A stretch of DNA of 60,539 nucleotides, taken from a virus. Lineage: Duplodnaviria > Caudoviricetes. Location: positions 1-60,539 of the IMG/VR virus record IMGVR_UViG_3300044667_000059. The stretch is one strand, 5' to 3'. The notes under the pieces are model-generated. The model had not been told where the DNA came from. It saw nothing but the letters and a program-made list of their open reading frames with translations, and did no database searches. Of this stretch, positions 54,545 to 60,539 are shown one piece after another. Within the stretch, counting starts at the first letter, position 1; every line of letters starts with the position of its first letter. Both the position numbers and the translations under genes were made by a program.

Positions 54545-55663
54545 GTGTTACCTCTGCGCCGACTGGCCGCGGTCGCCGCTGTCCTGGCTGCGGTCCTCGG
54601 TGGTGTCGGTGCACCGGTGGATGCGGCGGCGGTCCCGGCACCGGTGACGATCAGCGGCCTGGACCTGCACGACGGCAGCGTCGCCCAGTTCGGCGGGACG
54701 CTGTACGCGTACGGCACGGAGTACGACTGCGGCTTCAGTTGGCGGTCGTCGTCACCGTGGTGCGGGTTCGGTGTCAGCACCGCGCCGTCGCTGGCTGGAC
54801 CGTGGTCGCCGCCGACGCTGTTGTTCTCCCCATCGGACACGATTTCCGCTCAGCCCGGCTGGGCTGACGACGCCTCGACGTGGCAGACCTTGTGCGGGTC
54901 GACCGGTGCCGGGTGCTTCAACCCCCGCATGGTCATGAGGACAGACGGTGTCTACGTCCTGTGGTTCAACGCCCCAGCGGATTCCGTGCGCGGGAACGGG
55001 TTCTACGCGATGGGCTGCAACGGGCCGACCGGCGGGTGTGGCGCGCACGCCGGCGCCCCGCACGGCACGACCCGGAAGCCGAGCTTGTGGGTGTGCGGCG
55101 CGGCTGACGGCGACTTCAGCGTCGTCGGCGCGGAGACCGGTAGCCCGGTGCTGATGTGCGGTGACGACTCCGCCACCAATGGCATCGACCTGGAGCAGTT
55201 GGACGGGTCGTGGGTCAACGGCGACGGCACCGGGTCCACCAACCTCGCGGGCCTGGGCACACCGGCCGGCGTGGAGGGTGTGGGTGCCTACCACGACCCT
55301 CTGACAGGCACGTGGGTCATGATCGCGTCCGATCCGGCCTGCGGGTACTGCGCGGGCACCGGGTCGACGTACGCGACCGCACCGGCACTGCTCGGGCCGT
55401 GGAGCTACCCGGCCAACCTGTTCCAGGCCGGCGGACCGCCGCACGCCCGCGCCATGTTCTCGGCGAGCAGTTGCGGTGGCCAGCCGCGCACGGCCTTCGT
55501 CCTCGGCGGACAGCCCTACGAATGGATCGATATGTGGACCGGTACCGCCAACGAGGCGGGCGCCACGGTCCGGTTGGAGCCGCTGACCTACACACCCTCG
55601 ACCCGACACGCTGGTGACGGCCAACCGTGGATTCCGGAGCTCGCCCCGTACCAGTGCTCGTGA
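54545..55663 (+). CDS. Secreted GH43-like five-bladed beta-propeller glycoside hydrolase
   Basis: Sec signal peptide; DLHDGSVAQFGGTLYAYGT, FNPRM..R.DGVYVLWFN, DGDFSV, VEG; Cys-rich. Confidence 0.68.
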   Translation: MLPLRRLAAVAAVLAAVLGGVGAPVDAAAVPAPVTISGLDLHDGSVAQFGGTLYAYGTEYDCGFSWRSSSPWCGFGVSTAPSLAGPWSPPTLLFSPSDTISAQPGWADDASTWQTLCGSTGAGCFNPRMVMRTDGVYVLWFNAPADSVRGNGFYAMGCNGPTGGCGAHAGAPHGTTRKPSLWVCGAADGDFSVVGAETGSPVLMCGDDSATNGIDLEQLDGSWVNGDGTGSTNLAGLGTPAGVEGVGAYHDPLTGTWVMIASDPACGYCAGTGSTYATAPALLGPWSYPANLFQAGGPPHARAMFSASSCGGQPRTAFVLGGQPYEWIDMWTGTANEAGATVRLEPLTYTPSTRHAGDGQPWIPELAPYQCS

Positions 55664-55686
55664 CCCAAATCTCGTTTTGCGCCAAC

Positions 55687-55813
55687 GCTTTCCGCTCTGT
55701 CCGAGTAGGATTGTAGCAGGCGGAAAGCCTTTCGACTCCCGGCTGGTTGCCTGAGGGGACGACCAGCCGGGTCTCACGTTGCTGTTCCCCTCATCCCCTC
55801 ACTGGAGAAGACA
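55687..55813 (+). promoter_or_regulatory. Antirepressor leader: operator IR around -10, hairpin and potential pseudoknot
   Basis: GCTTTCCGC/GCGGAAAGC flank TAGGAT; stem CCCGGCTGGT/ACCAGCCGGG; loop TGAGGGGA complementary to TCCCCTCA at 55786 and 55794. Confidence 0.55.
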
Positions 55814-56506
55814 TTGTCCGAGATCGTTCACATTCCATTCCACGGTGACGACCTACTCACGACGGACTACGCGGGCAAGCCGCACATCGTGCTCAAGCCA
55901 GCCATCGAGGCCATCGGACTGAGCTATGACGCACAGCGCGTCAAGCTGCAAGGCAAGTCATGGGCACGCACCGCGCTGATCGCGGTGCGTCAGGGTGACG
56001 GTCGGTTGCGGGAAGTAGTCGCCGTCGATGTGCGCACCTTCCTGATGTTGCTCGCCACCGTGGACGAGAAACGGGTCGCCGAGCACGTCCGCCCGAAGCT
56101 CGTCGCCTATCAGTCCGAGGTCGCTGACGTGATCGAGGCGTACTGGACCCGTGGCCACGCCGTGAACCCGCGTGCCGTACGGCAACTCGGCCCGGTCACC
56201 TACGACTGGGACGAGGCTGCCGCCGTGATGCGGCAGGACTTCGACCGCGACATCACCACGCACGAACTGACGCGGCTGCTGCGGGCGGCTGGTGTGCTGA
56301 AGATGGACTGCCGGCACCCGCGCGAGAAGTTCAAGTACCTGTTCTGGTTCACCGGCACGCACTGGGAGATCCACCAGCACGCCGTGCCGTTACTGCTGCG
56401 CAAGGCTGAGGATGTGGGTCGGCAGTTGCAGGAGTACCGGTTCATTCAGGGCCGGTTCGAGTTTGACGAGCTTGACACCGCATCGCCTCCTCGGCTGGCG
56501 TCGTAG
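55814..56506 (+). CDS. ant: Phage antirepressor (P22 Ant N-terminal domain)
   Basis: IPFHGDDL...LKPAIEAIGL..DAQRVKL, KLVAYQSE...IEAYW. Confidence 0.85.
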   Translation: MSEIVHIPFHGDDLLTTDYAGKPHIVLKPAIEAIGLSYDAQRVKLQGKSWARTALIAVRQGDGRLREVVAVDVRTFLMLLATVDEKRVAEHVRPKLVAYQSEVADVIEAYWTRGHAVNPRAVRQLGPVTYDWDEAAAVMRQDFDRDITTHELTRLLRAAGVLKMDCRHPREKFKYLFWFTGTHWEIHQHAVPLLLRKAEDVGRQLQEYRFIQGRFEFDELDTASPPRLAS

Positions 56507-56533
56507 CTGGCCGGCGTCCCCCACCGGCCGGAA

Positions 56534-56600
56534 GGCCCCTCCTCGCTGTCGCTCAACCGTCTCGCCACGGAACGGGAGCAGTGCGAGGAGGGGCCCTTTT
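56534..56600 (+). terminator. Rho-independent terminator-like stem-loop
   Basis: 13-bp stem GGCCCCTCCTCGC/GCGAGGAGGGGCC then CTTTT, between convergent genes. Confidence 0.6.
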
Positions 56601-56698
56601 CGTGTGCGCACAGGACGTCTGCGCGTCCTGTCCGAGGGGTTGCGCACACTCACCTACCGCGGTCCCACATCGGCCGTGGGGCCGCGGCAGGTCTGGGG

Positions 56699-56893
56699 TC
56701 AGCGGCCGATGCCGTGTCGGGATCGCCATCGAGCGATCAGACGACTGCGGATGGGCCACGTGACGATCGCGGCCCAGCGGGGTAGGTGGATCTGGTGGTG
56801 GCCGATCAGGTAGTACCACTCGGTGCGGTGGCCGCAGCCGATGCCGTACACGGTGAGCCCCCTTTCCTTGTGGGCCTCGTGCAGCCCCCACAC
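56699..56893 (-). CDS. Hypothetical protein
   Basis: ORF in leftward operon; weak support. Confidence 0.4.
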   Translation of the reverse strand: MWGLHEAHKERGLTVYGIGCGHRTEWYYLIGHHQIHLPRWAAIVTWPIRSRLIARWRSRHGIGR

Positions 56894-56936
56894 TCACGCC
56901 CCACCTGGGGGGTTTCCCAGGGGGCTGCACGAGGGT

Positions 56937-57053
56937 CTATTTCGTGCCCGTGCCGTGGCAGCGCGGACAGGTGATTGTCTTGGCCACGCCACTGCTGTCC
57001 TGGGTCACAACCGTCCTGTTGCCGTTGCACCGGGGACACGCGTCGTCGGGCAT
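56937..57053 (-). CDS. Mini DnaJ-type zinc-finger protein (38 aa)
   Basis: MPDDACPRCNGNR...TCPRCHGTGTK. Confidence 0.65.
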   Translation of the reverse strand: MPDDACPRCNGNRTVVTQDSSGVAKTITCPRCHGTGTK

Positions 57054-57056
57054 CGG

Positions 57057-57326
57057 TCAGAACCCCCGCTGCTGTTCGGCGGTGTCGGTTGCGGTCATCT
57101 GTCGGGCTACCTGCTCGCCGAGCTCCAGTGCGGCGCCGATAAGGCACATCGGACAGCGGCCGTGGCTGTCGGTCGGCGCGGCTAGGTCCGCGCGGGCCTT
57201 TGTGCGGCCGCAGAAGGACTCTTGTTGGTCGCCGCCGCGCCAGGCGTGGGGGGTGTGGTCGGTGTCGTCGAGCCAGACACCGCCGAGCACCTCAACCGGA
57301 TCGGTCGGCCGTGGGGTGCCGGTCAC
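57057..57326 (-). CDS. Zinc-finger protein
   Basis: GTGA overlap; HAW...SFCG...RCPMC. Confidence 0.65.
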   Translation of the reverse strand: MTGTPRPTDPVEVLGGVWLDDTDHTPHAWRGGDQQESFCGRTKARADLAAPTDSHGRCPMCLIGAALELGEQVARQMTATDTAEQQRGF

Positions 57327-57556
57327 CGGGATCTTTCCTTGCGTAGGAAGTCCGCTTCGTCGGCGGCTACGCATTCCGAGGGCAGGAGCATGCGTTGGAT
57401 CTCGCCGACGTCGTCCCGGACCGGGAAGGTGTAGCCGCCGCCTGGTTCGTAGGGCTGGACTTCGCCGGTGCGGACGCTCCCGTCGACCCGGTAGGCCACT
57501 CGAATGCCGGGCTTAGGGCGGTCGGTGAGCCGACCCATGGTCGTCGCGGTGGTCAT
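57323..57556 (-). CDS. Hypothetical protein (SH3-like)
   Basis: PGIRVAYR...TGEV; coupled to neighbours. Confidence 0.6.
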   Translation of the reverse strand: MTTATTMGRLTDRPKPGIRVAYRVDGSVRTGEVQPYEPGGGYTFPVRDDVGEIQRMLLPSECVAADEADFLRKERSR

Positions 57557-57641
57557 CGCTGTGTCCGGGGTGGGACCGCGGACCGGTCGGGGTCGGGGGA
57601 TTCGGGGTCTCCCGACCGGTCCGCGGAGATCATGGTGGCGG

Positions 57642-57869
57642 TCACGATGTCTCGCCGCCTGTGGGTTCGCTCGTCAGCGTGCTGATCGCTGAGGCGAGAG
57701 TGAGCCGGATCATCTGAGCGTCCATCAGGCTCAGTTCGGTGAAGTCACCCGGATTGCCGTCGGCGTCGCGGAATCGCATCCGGATCTTCTTCGGCTGACC
57801 CGGGTCGGAGGTCTCGATGTCGACCTCCCGGTCACCGACCGGATGGGTCCACTTCGCCATGTCCGTCAC
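57642..57869 (-). CDS. Hypothetical protein, first gene divergent from the XRE regulator
   Basis: ORF; start GTG 57869 or ATG 57860. Confidence 0.6.
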   Translation of the reverse strand: MTDMAKWTHPVGDREVDIETSDPGQPKKIRMRFRDADGNPGDFTELSLMDAQMIRLTLASAISTLTSEPTGGETS

Positions 57870-57901
57870 CGTCCCCGCTACGCTGCCTACGACTCCACAG
57901 G

Positions 57902-57935
57902 TGGTCTAAGACCAGAGTGATGGTCTGAGACCAGA
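57902..57935. promoter_or_regulatory. Tandem palindromic direct repeats TGGTCTRAGACCAGA (probable XRE binding sites)
   Basis: Copies at 57902-57916 and 57921-57935 in the divergent intergenic region. Confidence 0.7.
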
Positions 57936-57996
57936 TAGGCAATGCCCCGATCGGGGGATGCGGAATCCGGCGCCGCAAGGCTCTACGCTGTGGTCT

Positions 57997-58848
57997 ATGA
58001 CCGAGACCAGTCCGAGCCGCAGTGCCCTCGTCCGCGAACTGGGCGCCGAGGTCAAGCAGGCCCGCGAGGGTGCTGGACTCGGGCAACGGGAACTGGCCAA
58101 GGCCGCCGAGATCAGCAGCCACTCACGGATCTCCGAACAGGAGTCCGGCAAGCGGCTACTGCCGCCTGACGAACTCGGCCGGATCTTCACCGCACTCGGC
58201 CTGCCTGATTCGGAACGGGAACGGCTGCTCGGCTTGGCGCGGGCCGCCGAAGGACCGGGCCAGCTCAACACCGGCCAGCCGGGCATCGACGCCACGCTCG
58301 CCCAGCTGATCGATCACGAACGCGCGGCCACGAGGATCATCGACGCGTCACCTCTGCTGATCCCCGGCCTGTTGCAGACCAGCGCCTACGCCCGCGCAAT
58401 CATGGGTGACGAACCGGATTCCGAACTGCGGGTGACGCTCCGGTCCGGGCGGCGGGACATCCTGATCAGGCCGCGTGATCCGGTGCAGCTGTTCGCGTTG
58501 ATCGACTCCGAGGCGCTGGTTCGGCCGATCGCGCCACCGCTGGTGATGCTCGACCAGTGGCGGCACATCCTTCAACTGGCCGAATTGGACAACGTGACGG
58601 TGCAGGTCGTGTCCAGCATGGTCCCCGGCTACCATCCGATGCTCGCCGGCCCGTTCGAGGTGATCTTCTTCGAGAAGGCCGCACCCATTGTTCTCCTCGA
58701 CCACTACGCGTCCTCAGCGTTCCTGTGGAAGGAAGACGCGCTCAAGTTCGTCGAGGCGGCAGAGGAGATCCGCACCAAGGTGGCGATGACCCCGGAGGAG
58801 TCGACCAGGGTCATCGCCGACATCGTCCGTGGACTGGAGACGACATGA
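57997..58848 (+). CDS. XRE HTH plus DUF5753 regulator (WhiJ/Scr1-like)
   Basis: LGAEVKQAREGAGL HTH; LIPGLLQTSAYARAI, ALIDSEAL.R, LAELDNVTVQV, AMTPEES. Confidence 0.92.
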   Translation: MTETSPSRSALVRELGAEVKQAREGAGLGQRELAKAAEISSHSRISEQESGKRLLPPDELGRIFTALGLPDSERERLLGLARAAEGPGQLNTGQPGIDATLAQLIDHERAATRIIDASPLLIPGLLQTSAYARAIMGDEPDSELRVTLRSGRRDILIRPRDPVQLFALIDSEALVRPIAPPLVMLDQWRHILQLAELDNVTVQVVSSMVPGYHPMLAGPFEVIFFEKAAPIVLLDHYASSAFLWKEDALKFVEAAEEIRTKVAMTPEESTRVIADIVRGLETT

Positions 58849-59021
58849 AGACCATAGACCGCGAGTGGCGCAAGTCCACCCGCAGCGCCAATCAAGCCAA
58901 CTGTGTAGAGGTCCGAAGCACGCTGGATCGGGTGCGGGACAGCAAGAACCCAACCGGCCCGACGCTGGCCGTGAACGTGACCGGGCTGGTCGCGGCGATC
59001 CGGGACGGCCGGATCGGCTGA
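58845..59021 (+). CDS. DUF397 (BldB/Scr2-like) protein
   Basis: WRKSTRS...NCVEV...VRDSKNP.GP.L. Confidence 0.92.
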   Translation: MKTIDREWRKSTRSANQANCVEVRSTLDRVRDSKNPTGPTLAVNVTGLVAAIRDGRIG

Positions 59022-59041
59022 TCTGAAGTCGACCTGAAGTG

Positions 59042-59084
59042 ACGAGACCCCCCGGAGCCATGGCATCCGGGGGGTCTCGTTTTT
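59042..59084 (+). terminator. Rho-independent terminator
   Basis: 15-bp stem ACGAGACCCCCCGGA/TCCGGGGGGTCTCGT followed by TTTT. Confidence 0.8.
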
Positions 59085-59211
59085 GCGGCCCCTATTGGCG
59101 TAGGGAGTCCGCGTTCTGCCGCACACACTCCGGTCTGGCGAGACCGGCACCGCCGTACTCCACTCCAAGGAAACGAGGCTTTGTTGTGCGCAGCATCGCT
59201 AGCGTACCAGC

Positions 59212-59508
59212 CTATCCGTCCATCAGTGCGGGGATGTCCAGCGGCACATACGTGTCACCGCCGTAGGCGATCCGGTCGGCTCGGCAGGTGCACAGGTGCC
59301 AGGTGTGGTGCTCCTCGTCCGGCCAGCAGATGCCGCACGTCAGGTAACGGCGTTGCCCGTCCCACCCGTACGTGGAGCCTTTGGGCATGGGGTGGTGGCC
59401 GTTGGGGCAGGTGTCGGGGGCGATCTCGCGGAGCCCACCGGTGGCGGTGAGCTCGTAGCCGAGGTGCCCGTCAGTGTCCGGCAGACCGCCTACGCATCTC
59501 GAACTCAT
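59212..59508 (-). CDS. LexA-boxed small Cys/His-rich protein
   Basis: CPNGH...CGIC...HLCTC; leaderless ATG inside the SOS box. Confidence 0.65.
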   Translation of the reverse strand: MSSRCVGGLPDTDGHLGYELTATGGLREIAPDTCPNGHHPMPKGSTYGWDGQRRYLTCGICWPDEEHHTWHLCTCRADRIAYGGDTYVPLDIPALMDG

Positions 59509-59514
59509 GTTCGA
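59499..59514. promoter_or_regulatory. Actinobacterial LexA (SOS) box
   Basis: TCGAAC-TCAT-GTTCGA, a perfect TCGAAC-N4-GTTCGA; -10-like TACCGT adjacent on the minus strand. Confidence 0.8.
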
Positions 59515-59522
59515 ACGGTAGC

Positions 59523-59630
59523 TCACCGCCGCCTGGACCGCAGCCGCCTACGGAGCGCCGCGGCCAGTGGTGGCAGGGTGAGCGCGACCGCACAGGTGAT
59601 GCCGACCGCGACCGCCCCGACCGTGGTCAC
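59523..59630 (-). CDS. Small single-TM protein (35 aa)
   Basis: GTGA overlap with upstream gene. Confidence 0.45.
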   Translation of the reverse strand: MTTVGAVAVGITCAVALTLPPLAAALRRRLRSRRR

Positions 59631-60052
59631 CGGATCGCCCCGTCATCGCGGCACCGTGCCAGCGCCGGGTGATCGGCCGGCACGCCGTTCGCCACGGCCA
59701 TGGCCCGGTAGGACGCGTACAGCTCCCGACCGCCGTCGGACACGGTGTCCGGGTCCACCGAGGACATCCGCATCCCGAGGTTGTGCGCCGAGCCAGCCAG
59801 GATGAACCCCGCGCACGTAGTTGGCACGTCCGCGCCGGACGTGTGGCAGCCGAAGGTGTGCGTCGCCAGGTCGTACGCCGTCCGGGCTGACTCAATGAAC
59901 GCCTCGGGCGGGAACGCGCCGACCGGGCTGTCCTTCGCCCACGGGCAGGTGGCGCATGGCTTGCGCCGGTACCGTCGGTCCCCGGCCGGTGAGGCGACTT
60001 CGTAGACGCCCCACGTGTCGTCGGCCGGGCGGACGGACAGGATCTCGCTCAC
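59627..60052 (-). CDS. DUF6283-like Cys-rich protein
   Basis: KPCATCPW...FPPEAF...TAYD...FGCH...CAGF...HNL. Confidence 0.65.
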   Translation of the reverse strand: MSEILSVRPADDTWGVYEVASPAGDRRYRRKPCATCPWAKDSPVGAFPPEAFIESARTAYDLATHTFGCHTSGADVPTTCAGFILAGSAHNLGMRMSSVDPDTVSDGGRELYASYRAMAVANGVPADHPALARCRDDGAIR

Positions 60053-60315
60053 GGCGCCGTCTCCTCGCCTGCCTCAGCGAAGCCCACCGGGTCCGGCCCG
60101 GCATCCTGGTCAGCGCGCCACCTGGTGAAGTTGCGGGCATAGACCGTGCCATAACAGACACACGACACCAGAAACCCCCACTGTCGCGTCACGATCGCGT
60201 ACGCCAGCCACAAGCCCTGCGCGCCGAGGCCGATGGCCCAGCCCAGCGCGCGTTTCCGGCCGGCGAAGTAGAGGCCGGTGACACCGACCACGGTGAGGAG
60301 CCAGGACCACCACAT
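60049..60315 (-). CDS. PnuC-like small membrane protein
   Basis: Three TM helices; WSWLLT..GV.GL..AGRK...GW.IG...Q.LW..YA. Confidence 0.6.
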   Translation of the reverse strand: MWWSWLLTVVGVTGLYFAGRKRALGWAIGLGAQGLWLAYAIVTRQWGFLVSCVCYGTVYARNFTRWRADQDAGPDPVGFAEAGEETAP

Positions 60316-60539
60316 CAGGTGCCCTCCTCGTCTTCAGTTGAAGACCGACGCGCGGCGGCGTGTTTCCACGTCTCGACCTCGATACACGCCAGCCGGCCCA
60401 GCTCGTCCTTCTGCACGGAGATGCCGGGCGCGACTTCCTCCCAGTCCTCACTGCCGGACTCCCGGAAGGTGATGTGGATTTCCGGGATGATGTGGGACTC
60501 AGTGATCTTCGGGTGTGGCACGTACTCGGCTTCGAGCCG
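60315..60539 (-). CDS. 3' part of the junction-spanning hypothetical protein (starts at 367)
   Basis: Same frame as the 1-367 ORF through the 127-bp overlap. Confidence 0.7.
   Translation of the reverse strand, partial: RLEAEYVPHPKITESHIIPEIHITFRESGSEDWEEVAPGISVQKDELGRLACIEVETWKHAAARRSSTEDEEGT
60413..60539. repeat. Terminal direct repeat identical to 1-127
   Basis: Exact identity. Confidence 0.95.

Noticed and set aside
55730-55741. TTCGACTCCC resembling a tRNA T-arm
   Set aside because: No cloverleaf around it; no tRNA recognised anywhere in the window
60413-60539. Terminal repeat as a biological DTR or att site
   Set aside because: 127 bp equals a common assembler k-mer and falls mid-gene; best explained as assembly overlap

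Overview
The window is a complete, circularly assembled temperate siphophage genome of a high-GC actinomycete. Positions 1-127 repeat exactly at 60413-60539, giving a unit length of 60,412 bp, and one ORF reads through that junction. A filamentous, probably Pseudonocardiales-like host is inferred from the XRE/DUF397 pair, the TraB module and the absence of LysB. Gene order: leftward accessory operon (HIT, PnuC-like, DUF6283-like); candidate attP and tyrosine integrase; repressor/Cro switch with palindromic operators; recombination genes (PD-(D/E)XK exonuclease, ERF, HNH); an HNH-SF2 helicase fusion; lambda O-like initiator with 7 internal iterons plus DnaC-like loader; ASCH, RusA and HicA-like genes; an array of small ORFs; a conjugation module; head, tail and lysis genes; antirepressor; XRE-DUF5753/DUF397 pair; a LexA-boxed gene. 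The most striking feature is an apparently intact actinomycete-type conjugation module inside an otherwise complete phage: AlpA-like regulator, SpdA-like membrane protein, TraB FtsK/SpoIIIE translocase, a clt-like AGTGAGG repeat cluster, and a small serine resolvase with res-like sites. The module has no Rep or integrase of its own, suggesting a phage that can spread both as virions and by TraB-mediated hyphal conjugation. Other notable signals: five GCAY-loop hairpins before the capsid gene, a pseudoknot-like switch before the antirepressor, and a lysis cassette with a papain-like protease and a secreted GH43-like enzyme. All family calls come from motif recognition by eye; no searches were run.
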